Shown here one piece after another: positions 10,984 through 23,037 of a stretch of 64,000 nt of DNA; the stretch's first letter is position 1; every line of letters starts with the position of its first letter. Source of the DNA: Raja brachyura. Taxonomy: Eukaryota. The position numbers and the translations under genes were made by a program. Where the stretch lies: the NCBI GenBank assembly GCA_963514005.1, contig OY740784.1, forward strand, positions 19,096,001-19,160,000, read 5' to 3'. A model generated the notes under the pieces. It was not told where the DNA came from and did not search any database. It saw only the letters and a list, made by a program, of their open reading frames with translations.

Positions 10984-13909
10984 ATGGGAGGCAGGAAGCA
11001 GAAAAGGGAAGCACTCGGACACAAGAGGAGAATGGAAAAAAAAGGAAATAAACAGAGAATAAGAGATGGGGGGTTTCTTAAATGTGCATATTTTAATGCT
11101 AGGAGCATTGTAAGAAAGGTGGATGAGCTTACAGTCTGGATAGACACCTGGAAGTATGATGTTGTGGCGACCAGTGAAACATGGTTGCAGGAGGGCTGTG
11201 ATTGGAAACTAAATATTCCAGGATTTTGTTGCTTCAGGTGTGATAGAATTGGAGGGGCAAGAGGTGGAGGTGTTGCATTGCCAGTCAGGGAAGATATTAC
11301 AGCAGTGCTTTGGCAGGATAGATTGGAGGGCTCATCTAGGGAGGCTATTTGGGTGGAACTGAGAAGTGGGAAAGGTGTAGCAACACTTATATGGGTATAT
11401 TATAGACCGCCAAATGGGGAACGAGAATTGGAAGAGCAAATATGTAAAGAGATAGCAGATATTAGTAGTAAGCACAAGGTAGTGATTGTGGGAGATTTCA
11501 ACTTTCCACACATAGACTGGGAAACACATTCTGTAAATGGGCTGGATGGTTTGGAGTTTGTAAAATGTGTGCAGGATAGTTTTTTGCAGCAATACATAGA
11601 GGTGCCTACTAGAGGAGGGGCAGTGCTAGACCTCCTGTTAGGAAATGAGACGGGACAGGTGGCGGAGGTATGTGTTGGGGAGCACTTCGGGTCCAGTGAT
11701 CACAATACCATTAGTTTCAATATAATTATGGAGAAGGACAGAACTGGGCCTAGGGTTGAGATTTTTGATTGGAGAAAGGCTAACTTTAACGAGATGCGAG
11801 ATGATTTAAAAGGAGTGAACTGGGACATTTTGTTTTATGGGAAAGATGTAGAGGAGAAATGGAGGACATTTAAAGGGGAAATTTTAAGAGTACAGAATCT
11901 TTATGTTCCTGTTCGGTTGAAAGGAACCAGTAAAAATTGGAAAGAGCCCTGGTTTTCAAGGGAAATTGGACATCTTGTTTGGAAAAAGAGGGAGATCTAC
12001 AATAATTATAGGAAACATTAAGTAAATGAGGTGCTTAAGGAGTATAAGGAATGTAAAAAGAATCTTAAGAAATAAATTAGAAAAGCTAAAAGAAGATATG
12101 AGGTTGCTTTGGCAAGTAAGGTGAAAGTAAATCCAAAGGGTTTCTACAGCTATATTAATAGCAAAAGGATAACAAGGGATAAAATTGGTCCATTGGAGAG
12201 ACCGAGTGGACAGCTATCTGCAGAGCCAAAAGAGATTGGGGAGATATTGAACAATTTCTTTTCTTCGGTATTCACCAAGGAGAAGGATATTGAATTATGT
12301 GAGGTAAGGGAAACTACTAGTTTCCCTTACTCATAGTATCCATAGAGTAGCTATAGATACTATGAGTTTCAAAGTAAAAGAAGTACTGACACTTTTGAAA
12401 AATATAAAAGTGGATAAGTCTCCAGGTCCTGACAGGATATTCCCTAGGACATTGAGGGAAGTTAGAGTAGAAATAGCTGGGGCTATGACAGAAATATTTC
12501 AAATGTCATTAGAAACTGGAATAGTCCCCGAGGATTGGCGTACTGCGCATGTTGTTCCATTGTTTAAAAAGGGTTCTAAGAGTAAACCTAGCAATTATAG
12601 ACTGGTTAGTTTGACTTCAGTGGTGGGCAAATTAATGGAAAAGATACTTAGAGATAATATATATAAGAATCTGGATAAACAGGGTCTAATTAGGTACAGT
12701 CAACATGGATTTATGCCTGGAAGGTCATGTTTGACTAATCTTCTTGAATTTTTTGAAGAGGTTACTAGGGAAATTGACGAGGGTAAAGCAGTGGATGTTG
12801 TCTATATGGACTTTAGTAAGGCCTTTGACAAGGTTCCTCATGGAAGGTTGGTTAAGAAGGTTCAACTGTTGGGTATAAATGCAGGAATAGCAAGATGGAT
12901 TCAACAGTGGCTGAATGGGAGAAGCTAGAGGGTAATGGTGGATGGCTGTTTGTCGGGTTGGAGACAGGTGACTTGTGGGGTGCCTCAGGGATCTGTGTTG
13001 GGTCCTTTGTTGTTTGTCATGTACATCAATGATCTGGATGAAGGGGTAGTAAATTGGATTAGTAAGTATGCAGATGATACCAAGATAGGGGGTGTTGTGG
13101 ATAATGAAGAGGATTTCCAAAGTCTACAGAGTGATTTAGGCCAGTTGGAAAAATGGGCTGAAAGATAGCAGATGGAGTTTAATGCTGATAAATGTGAGGT
13201 GCTACACCTTGGCAGGACAAATCAAAATAGGACGTACATGGTAAATGGTAGGGAATTGAAGAATACAGTTGAACAGAGGGATCTGGGAATAACCGTGCAT
13301 AGTTCCTTGAAGGTGGAATCTCATATAGATAGGGTGGTAAAGAAAGCTTTTGGTATGCTATCCTTTATAAATCAGAGCATTGAGTATAGAAGCTGGGATG
13401 TAATGTTAAAATTGTACAAGGCATTGGTGAGACCAAATCTGGAGTATGGTGTACAATTTTGGTCGCCCAATTATAGGAAGGATGTCAACAAAATAGAGAG
13501 GGTACAGAGGAGATTTACTAGAATGTTGCCTGGGCTTCAACAGCTAAGTTACAGACATAGGTTGAATAAGTTAGGTCTTTATTCTCTGGATCGCAGAAGG
13601 TTAAGGGGGGACTTGATAGAGGTCTTTAAAATGATGAGAGGGATAGACAGAGTTGATGTGGACAAGCTTTTCCCTTTGAGAATAGGGAAGATTCAAACAA
13701 GAGGACATGACTTTAGAATTAAGGGACAGAAGTTTAGGGGTAACATGAGGGGGAACTTCTTTACTCAGAGAGTGGTAGCGGTGTGGAATGAGCTTCCAGT
13801 GGAAGTGGTGGCGGCAGGTTCGTTGGTATCATTTAAAAATAAATTGGATAGGCATATGGATGAGAAGGGTATGGAGGGTTATGGTATGAGTGCAGGCAGG
13901 TGGGACTAA
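10984..13909 (+). pseudogene. CR1 ORF2: AP endonuclease plus reverse transcriptase, disrupted
   Basis: NARS, ETW, YRPP, GDFN, SDH endonuclease motifs; DFSKAFD, PQGSVLGP, YADD RT motifs. Stops at about 12019, 12073, 12926 and 13166, and a frameshift at about 12320. Confidence 0.95.
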
Positions 13910-13983
13910 GGAAAAAAAGTTGTTCGGCACGGACTTGAAGGGCCGAGATGGCCTGTTTCCGTGCTGTATTTGTTATATGGTTA

Positions 13984-14392
13984 AATGGAGGCAGCATCTA
14001 TGAAGCGAAGGAATAGGTGACGTTTCGGGTCGAGACCCTTCTTCAGTTTGATGTCGAGGGCGGGGGAGGGGTTTGGGAAAAAGAAAGGAAGAGGCGGAGA
14101 CAGTAGGCTGTGGGAGAGCTGGGGAAGGAGGGAGAAAGCAAGGACTACCTGAAGTTGGAGAAGCCAATGTTCATACCACTGGGGTGTAAACTACCCAAGC
14201 AAAATATGAGGTTCTGTTCCTCCAACTTGCGGTGGGCCTCACTCTGGCCATGGAGACGCCCAGGACTGAAGGGTCGGATTTGGAATGGGAGGGGGAGTTG
14301 AAGTGCTGAGCCACCGGGAGATCAGGTTGGTTATTGCGAACCGTGTTTAGGTGCTGTGCAAAGCGATCGCCAAGCCTGCACTTGGTCTCATT
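13984..14392 (-). mobile_element. Penelope (GIY-YIG) 3' fragment
   Basis: ORF 14171-14464 contains ETKCRLGDRFAQHL...VAQHFNS. Confidence 0.8.
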
Positions 14393-16884
14393 GAGGTTGA
14401 TCATACGCTGAATAATCCAACCAGAATTTTGTTTGGAAGTGGAAATAAATAATAGATATTGCATTCATTGCAACGTGTAAAAGGAGGTGAGATACTGTAT
14501 TGGAATTTTGCTGCATGTCATTGTGGTATATATCATGTCTTGATTGGTGAATATGTTTAGTTTGTGACTTTATTTGAAGCAGAAATAATATGTGGATGCT
14601 TCATCGAGCATAATTCTGACTGGTAACTATGCACTTCGTCCAAGCACATTATCGCACATGTCATGCAAGCCTTCTTAAATGACCACCTAAACTGTCATTT
14701 GGCAACCTAAAAAGCTGCCTAGGTTGCCCGGCTGGCAACAGGGAAAAAAAGTTAAGCGAGAGCCCTGCTGGTCACATCAGTGCCTGGTTTGGCAACTTGA
14801 ACGCTCAAGAACAAGGGAGATTACAAAAAGTGGTGGACACTGTCAGGTTCAACATGGGTACTGATCTCCCCACCATTGAAGGGATCTATAGGAGGCGATA
14901 TATCAAAAATGCAGACAGTATAATTACCCTGGCCATGCTCTCATTTCGCTCCTATAAGGTATAGAAGTCTGAAAGCCTTGATCTCCATTGTGGAAGAGCT
15001 TCTTCCAACAACTATCAGGCTATTGAAAACTACAAGTTCCAAACAAACTACAAACTGTCCTTGTTGTGCTCGGGACTTTGGGGTTTTATCTTGCACTCTA
15101 TTAGGTTTTTTACTTGTTGAACGTTTTTTGTTTATTATGTTATCTATTGAGTACTCTTTGCAGAGCTGTTATGCTGCTGCAAGAAAGAATTTTAGAAAGA
15201 GTTAGATAGAGCTTTTAAAGGTAGCAGAGTCAGGGGATATGGGGGGAAGGCAGGAACGGGGTACTGATTGTGGATGATCAGCCATGATCACAGTGAATGG
15301 CGGTGCTGGCTTGAAGGGCCGAATGGCCTACTCCTGCACCTATTTCATTATGGTAAATTAAATTAAACAACTCTGACTCCCTCTTGATCATTTTCTAGTG
15401 CATAATGTAATGCAAACATTTGCTTACTTCACAATTGTGGCACTTAAACTGCAAATCATATCGACACTATCCTGGAGAAATGCAAGCATGATTTGATTAT
15501 TTTTATTCCAGTTTTTTCTTTATTCCAGTTTCTTTATATTTCACTATTTCTCTTTATTCTTAATACTTTTATGAAGAAAGTTCTCCTTAATTTTAACATC
15601 TGTTTTGCAGACAAGTCATGGAGTTTCCTTGGTCTCAATTGGTTTGATGGATTCCCTTCATGATCTTGAAACTACAAACATGACTGATATCTGATTTATT
15701 TATTTTTTTCCAAATAAATCAGTCTATTCTTAAAATTTTAAATCTAAATATTCAGAGCTCTGTTAATAGTTTTTATATATGCCGAATAAATTAAATCTCT
15801 CCTATAATTACATAACAATGAATGCCCAGTGCTCTCTGCACTATTAATACATAATGTAGTGTTTTGTACTTCAGTACTGACTACTTATTTCTATTTGATA
15901 TTGAAGCTATGTATTGCATCTGATTTTAATGATGGTAATAACAGTATATGATTTATCTCCTTATCAGTAAATTGTGTTACTCACTTAAAAATTATAACCT
16001 CCTTTCGGTTCCTTCTGTGCTGATCATTAGTTTTACAACCTCCAAGTTCAAATTTCAAAGCAGTAAAGGGAGAATTCGGATTATTTGAAGAGGACAGCAT
16101 GAAAGTGCTGGTCAACACGCTTGTTCCATCAGAGCACTTGAGTCTGCCACCCCTGGCCCATGTGTAGTTTGTCATACCATACAGGTTGGCTTGAAAAGCC
16201 CTACTTTTGAAGAAAGAAGCGTTTGCCAATTTATACCCGTGCCATGAATTGTTCCATCCCACAATTTGGAGCCTTGACGTCGAGGGATAGGACCAATCAA
16301 AATATGCACATGATCACTACTCACTTTCTTCTGGGTTGCTGACTGAAACCATGTTCTAGATCATGAATTGTACTTATGGCAGCTAATTATTGCAAAATGG
16401 GTATCACACCTTGGCATATAATCAAGAAATGACAATTGTCATATTTTTATGTTTAAGTTTGTACTTCAGAATTCTTTTCAGCATTGCTTATGTTCAAGTA
16501 TAATTGCAGAAATCAAACGATTTGTGGTATTTCTCAGAAAATTGTCTGTTCAGGTCTATTTAATTCCAAACACTTTTCTATTATCCCATGTATTAAATGC
16601 CATGCACCATACATCCACATCACATGACCTGTGAGTATGCATTGGAAATGCTAGGAGCATAGCCCAGATATGGAGATACCATCAGATCCTGACCTTTCAG
16701 TGAAACTTTCAATGGAGACTTGGTCGAATGACCCAGATCCTCGGACAATAGGAAAGCATTGCTTCCTTTTGAAGAGGACCAATGTGCAGAAGAAAATAAT
16801 AATTTCAGGGTTTCATTCCTTTCCAGACCTAGCAGCCTATTTTCACACATTTCTGAATGGCCGTTGCCTAAAGTGCTGTGTTTA

Positions 16885-17226
16885 ACTCATACAGCACAGA
16901 AAGAGGTCATTCAGCCCAATGAATCACAGCCAACCACCAATATCCATTTGTACTAATCCTATATTAATAGGATTAATACAAATACGATTTTTAAAAATTC
17001 TCCTCAAATTTTCATCAACTTTCCTCAGATTCTACCACTCGCCCACACAATTAACCAACAACCCGCACGTCTTTGGGGTGTGGAAGGAAAATGGAGCATC
17101 TGGAGGCAACTGATATGGTCATAGGAAGAAACTCCATACAGACAGCACATGTGTTAGGATTGAACTATCGTCTCTGATACAATGAGACTGGAGCGGCTCT
17201 ACTAGCTGCACCATCGTGCTGCCCAC
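16885..17226 (-). mobile_element. degenerate HE1/V-SINE
   Basis: Reverse complement of the tRNA-like head (GGCAGCACGATGGTGCAGC..GTAGAGC) and central domain seen at 20452. Confidence 0.65.
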
Positions 17227-17630
17227 TGTTTTGGAGAAGTTATATAGCTAAAATAATAACTTTGGTAGTCTTAGTTTGCAGCATCACTCCTTTGTTTTCA
17301 CTAATCTTATTAATGCATATTATTTACTGGTCTGGAAAATAATTATTGTCTAAAACCAAACCTCTTGCTTTTGCAAATACATTATTTCCCTAAATTAGTT
17401 TAACACATCCTGAAAAAAAAATGAATAAATGTTATTTATAAGCATGTTGTAAAATCTGTTTAATTATCTCAGTTGAATTTGAACTTCCATATACAATTTG
17501 TTCTGAATATAAGGCCATTTAAGAATGCAGTAACATGGTATATGCTTATAAATGTGTGTTTTGAACTAAGATTAATAATAATCCAAATAAGATTTTTTTA
17601 ATGTCCTGTCTCAACTTCACATTTTGACAG

Positions 17631-17774
17631 CGTCACAGAACAAAGAACAGGAAATCAAAGACTTCAACCAGGAGCAAGACAAAAGCATCACAAAAGCAAT
17701 TAGTAAGAATAAAAGAAAAACTTTTAGATTTATATTTATGTTGGACCAAAATGTATAAATTAACAAAACCTTGA
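17631..17774 (+). CDS. IL7: putative interleukin-7, last coding exon (basic C-D loop plus helix D)
   Basis: Acceptor ttcacattttgacag, phase 0: RHRTKNRKSKTSTRSKTKASQKQLVRIKEKLLDLYLCWTKMYKLTKP*. The amphipathic helix ending CWxK parallels human IL-7 LCFLKRLLQEIKTCWNKIL. Confidence 0.78.
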   Translation, partial: RHRTKNRKSKTSTRSKTKASQKQLVRIKEKLLDLYLCWTKMYKLTKP

Positions 17775-20451
17775 TTAATCTATTACAACCCCAATACTTG
17801 TATTAATTGATGGAATACCTTTGCAACAAAAACATCTGTTCTGGTGATTTTGTTAACTTTGGGTTCATATCGCATGATGGCATTGAAGGTTTGAATCGAA
17901 TGTATTTGTATAATCTCTTTGCCGTGACATTTAGGTGTGCGATACCACAGTTCACCTGGCATCAGGTTTTCTGAAGAGACATTAATTTGAGTCTTCATCT
18001 GTCCTTAACGTTGGCTATATACTCTTCTCTGCCTCTATCCAAGGACAATTAGGACAGTTCTTTCATTACCTTATTGCTGCTTCTGCAAGCTAAGCATTCA
18101 CCAATTGGCTGCCACTTTTGTCTGACTTCCTCCAGTGATTAAATGTTACTGGTAAAGTACAGTACAACCTGAGATTGTTAAAGGATCTATATAGATATAT
18201 AATATATAAAAATATTGTCAGAAAAAAGTGTCCTGACCTGAAACGCCATCTATCCATTTTCTCAAGAGATGCTGCCTGACCTACTGAATTACTCCACCAT
18301 TGTGTGACTATCTTTGGTACAAGTATCTGTAGTTCATTTTTATTACATTATATACATATAATATAAATTCCCTGCCTGGCAACACCAAGTATGCAATCTA
18401 TATAATATGTATATCTAAAAAAACATCTCTCCACCTTAGCTTTATAAGTGGAATCTTAAAACCTTGACCTGCATTAATGTGGGATTCTTTGGCTGGAAGA
18501 TTCAACGAGCAGACAAGCTGACAGGCAGAATATGTTCGAGGGTCGGCATGGACAGAGTGGGCCGAAAGGCCTGTTTCCATGCTATATCTCTAAACTAAAA
18601 CTAAACGGAGTAAGAATTATACAAGAGTGCAGCAAGGATGTCTTTCTGTAGCTGTATGCGATCTTGGTAAGATCCCATATGAAATATTGTGCATGGTTCA
18701 GATCTTTTTTTCTGAAGAATTGTTCTTGCCAGGGGAAAAGCGCAATAAAGATTTCTGGAATGGCAGCATTGGTGTTGATGACAAATTAGGTTGGGTAGGA
18801 GAAGAATGATATGGGATCTCTTGGAAACAAATATAATACTAACAGGACAAGACGGAGCAGACACAGGAAGGATGTTCTAGGTGGCTGGGATGTCCATAAC
18901 TGAGGCTCTCTACCTCTGGCTACTTCCAGAAATGTATCCATTGTTTTTTTTTTCTTTGGAATAGGATTGAATTTAACTTTGTATTCTCTACTTGTAAAAT
19001 AATATAAATTATGACAGGTAATAACTAAAGTGGCCATGGAGTATTGACAGCCTGTATATAACTTGTTATTAATTTGAACCAGTACTTTTTCACGATAACC
19101 TAAACACCACTTTAGCCATTGATGTGATTTTTATGAATGTTCAGCCAAAGATACACTAATGAGAACAACATTTGTTTTAGTTCTTAAGAAAAATCTGATT
19201 TGTTGTAACAAAAATCCAACATTTGGTTATCTCTGGGCCCATTTTGTATGTATGTGCAAAATTGCTTTTATTAAGCACATCCCCTAACAGCATTCAAGTT
19301 ATCCAGATTATTTTACATAAGTCTGGTTAAATGTAATTAAATTAATTACATTTAACTGGAACTATGGATTAGAGATTTGCTGTGTTGAATACATGAACAG
19401 TATTACAAATAATATATTTTACCTTGTGTGTAAATTCTATATTGAATGGATATGATATTAAATTTATACTCCTTAAATGTTGGCATTTGAATAATGCAGT
19501 AAACATTTGATAACTGAAAATACACTACATTTTATTGTTTGCAATATGAATAAGTTGATTCACTTTGTCCTATGCTTGCCATTAAAATATGTTTAAATGT
19601 ACATAAAATTCATGTTTTTACGTTGATGACTTTGTATTTAAAGTAAATATTTTATATACCTCTTTTGAAAAATTCTGACTAATGAATTTATTTGGGCGAA
19701 TAGAACAATCCTTGATTAAATCGTATACGTCAGCATTACTGTTGACTAGAGGCATGAGGGATGAACTGGTTAAAGTTCATTGGAAAGGGACCCTAGCAAC
19801 AAAGTGTAGGAACGAACTGCAGCTGCCAAAGTCGGACACAAAGTGATGGAGCAACTCAGTGGGTCAGGCAGGTCTGGAGAAAAGGAGCAGGTGATGTTTC
19901 GGGTCGGAACCCTTCTTCAGACCCCTCTTTATTCCCGAGCAGGAATGACGGTGAAGCTGGAATGGCAGGAGTTTCTGGGAATAATTAGGAAGATGCAGGA
20001 TCTGTTCATCCTAAAGAGGAAGAAAGATTCTAAGGGGAGAATGAGGTGACTGTGGCTTTCAAGGGCAGCATAAAACAAAAAAAGTTAGTCTTTAATAAAA
20101 GACAGCAAAAATGTCTTCACATATATTAAAAAAAAGAGGCAAGAGTGAACATTGAACTGCTGGAACATGACAATGGGAATAAAGAAATGGCAGGTGAATT
20201 TTTTTTGTCAGTCTTTACAGTGGAAGACATCAGCAATGTGCCTGAAATCCAAGAGAATCAGGAGGCAGTAATGGAGTGGTTATGACTAAGGATGGTACTT
20301 TGGAAACTGAAGGTGGATAAGTCACCTGGACAAGATCACCTACATCCCAGGGTTCTGAAGGAGGTGGCTTAGGAGATTGTGGAGGCATTGGTGGTGATCT
20401 ATGAAGAATCACTAGTCAGGAGTGGTTCCAGAGGTTTAAAACATTACAAAT

Positions 20452-20665
20452 GCAGTCGTGGCACAGCGGTAGAGTTGCTGCCTTACAGCAAAATGCAGCG
20501 CCAGAGACCCGGGTTCGATCCCGACTATGTGTGCTGTCTGTATGGACTGTGTACGTTCTTCCTGTGATCTGCGTGGGTTTACTCCGAGATCTTCGGTTTC
20601 CTCCCACACTCCAAACACGTACAAATTTGCAGGTTAATTGGCTTGATAAAAATGTAAAATTGTCC
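20452..20665 (+). mobile_element. tRNA-derived HE1/V-SINE
   Basis: A box (GTGGCACAGCGGTAG), B box (GGTTCGATCCC) and the V-SINE core (GTGGGTTT.CTCCG....TTCGGTTTCCTCCCACACTCCAAA). Confidence 0.85.
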
Positions 20666-21401
20666 AAGTTGGCGATATGCAGAGTACTGCCCTGCCCTGC
20701 TGACTACAAAAATTCAGAAGGTTCAGAAATGTTACTCCAGTGTTCAAGAAAACAAGAGAGACAACTATAGGCCAGTTAGCCTGACTTCAGTGGTTGGGAA
20801 GGTTTTAGGAGTCCATTATAAAGGATGAAGTTCTGAATAACTTAGAAGTACATGATTAAATAGGCTGAAGTCAGCATGGTTTTGTGAGGTGGATCTTGCC
20901 TGACAAACCTGTTGGAATTCTTTGAGGAAGTAAATAGAAAGATTAAACAAGAACTTACCATTTGTAGTTTGATCTTTATTTTATGAGAAGTTGGAGTGAG
21001 AGACTACGTGAAGAACCCGCCAGTACGCATGTGCATCAATCTTCAGAGCCACTATATGAAACCACAGTCCACTTGAACCAGATTCAAGCTATAGAAAGAT
21101 TAATAACCCTTGACGTACTGAATGTTATTTATGAGATTCAGGGTTGGGAGTGGAGGGCACGTAGTCTCTCACTCCAACTTCTCATAAAATAAAGATCAAA
21201 CTATAAACGGTAAGTTCTTGTTTAATCTTTCTATTTTATTTTGAAGTCTCGTGATGAAACTACGTGAAGCCTTTGAAATTCTGTGGTTTCATGCAGTAAA
21301 CCCATCTGTATATGTACACACTATACAGATAAACCGCAGATGGTAGAAGTGTCATAGGCTATCACCACATGTTCATAAATTTACATACATGTACATGGCC
21401 T

Positions 21402-22335
21402 TTAACAGGACGGCAGTCCCATTACTTTGGAGTTGCAGACAAACCGCTCATATAGCACTGTCCAGAATTCTATCTGCAAATTGTCCAGACCTGTTAAAAG
21501 GTTTATTATAAAACTTTCGAAAGCTGTGTTCACCTGACCATCCTGCTGTTGCAAGAATGTGATCAAGAGGAACATCCATCTATTGACTGCTGACGTGGCT
21601 GCAGCCCTGGTAGCGTGAAAATATCTGTATTCTGCTTTTAACAGCGTACACTTTATCCATCTTGAAATAGTCTGCACCAACACTCTCTTGTGTGGCTTTT
21701 TATAACCTACGAAGAAGGCTTTTTTCTTCAGATCGTAGGTTCTTAGTAACCTCAATGTACTTTTTCATATAATTAACAACACACAATCTCCGATCTGGTG
21801 GGTATGCTGCCAGTTCCAACTTGTACCCAACCTGGCCTGCTCTGCTTTAAGAGTTCATCCACATAGAATACTACCTTCTTGTCAGATATGACAGGGTTAT
21901 ATTCAGGCAGGGTTTGTGTAAAGACTGAGCTCTTTGTGCTGAAATAAGTGTCATAAGCATTCACGTGAGCTGCTCAAATGTAAGCGATGCAGCTGGTGCC
22001 AATTTGCAAAGAAAATTTAATATTGATTTCACATTCCACACTTCTTTGTATCCAAGCTTTGGAGGGCTCATATTAAAGACACCTTTCATAAACGTTGTCA
22101 CCGGTGGGTGAGTGCCAATCGTTTGTTGTCCTACTCCTACAATGATAAGGCACTGTGAGCAGTGTTAATTGTGCTACAACAGAGTCGCTTCTCAAAAAAC
22201 AAAACTGAAAGAAATTTCAAAACATCTGCTGCTTCCGCTTTAAAGTAGGTCACATGTGTATCATCACAAAATGTTTTCCTTTGTTTTATGTAGGTAGTAT
22301 ACTGCTTTCTTGTGCCATCCCACCTACTGGATGGT
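21402..22335 (-). pseudogene. DIRS tyrosine recombinase
   Basis: LLKQSRPG, KKPHKRV..QTISRWIK, FHATRAAATS (the HxxR box). Frameshifted. Confidence 0.85.
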
Positions 22336-23037
22336 CCTATTTGCTCGAAATCCTTAAGTCCTGCAAATCAATACAATCATGCAGTAGGTGAGTTGCACGA
22401 GTGACAGGTTGAACTAACAACTGTTCATGTCTGTCAACAGTCCTTTTAACAATGGAAACCATGGTTGAGTAGGTCAATTCGGTCCCACTATAAGTCTTGT
22501 TGCCTTGTCTTGAATTATCTTTTGCAGGCATCTTCCGATAAGGCAGAATGGGTGGGGTGCGGGGTGAAGCATAAAATGGGAATCCTCCCAAGTTCAAAGA
22601 AAATGCATCTACTGCTTCTGCCCCTGGGTCTGGATGCCAGGCCACATATCTAGGTACTTGATTATTAAGTCTTGAAGCAAACAGATCAACCTCAGGTGCT
22701 CCATATCGAGACTTTATCTTCTTGAACTCTGACTGATTTAACATCCATTCTGTTTGTTCATTGAATTTTATTGACATGTTGTCTGCTTCAATGTTGTATC
22801 TTCCTGGCAGGTGTGCAGCTGACACCCATATTCTCCTCTCTATACACCACACCTAAATTGACTTTGCTAGTGCATCACGTTTGAGACTTGCAGCTACCCA
22901 TATGGTTTACATATGTTACTGCTGTTGTGTTGTCCAACGGTAGCCTGATATGCCCATCATGGTCCTTCCCACAATATGTTCTCAATGCATGGAATGCTGC
23001 TAGCAAATAGTTGATGCCATACATTTGCCCATGTCTC

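Larger units (their letters stand above)
9810..13983 (+). mobile_element. near full-length CR1 LINE
   Basis: ORF1, ORF2, CR1 3'UTR and GTTATATG-type tail. The 5' region has TAAAGGTACAG repeats. Confidence 0.93.
7507..14767. mobile_element. hAT-like MITE with 5-bp TSD (hAT5-like), carrying nested retroelements
   Basis: Termini CAGGGCTC...GAGCCCTG. CTGGT duplicated at 7502-7506 and 14768-14772. Subterminal GGTTGCC/GGCAACC repeats at both ends. Confidence 0.8.
6140..15060 (+). mobile_element. degenerate Rex/Babar(L2-like) LINE, split by nested insertions
   Basis: RT remnants (IVKCFEKLV, DLDPLQF, TKXLIXDFR, FKFLGVH, LRRF...NF..C.VEGILTG) resume at 14768 (HISAWFGN...RLQKVVDT). Confidence 0.75.

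Noticed and set aside
19405-19510. Frame reading TLCVNSILNGYDIKFILLKCWHLN, considered as the IL-7 helix D exon
   Set aside because: No phase-0 acceptor in that frame and the Cys spacing is wrong. 17631-17774 already supplies helix D and the stop.
20455-20530. tRNA gene
   Set aside because: A and B boxes are the head of a SINE that continues into the V-SINE core. No complete cloverleaf.
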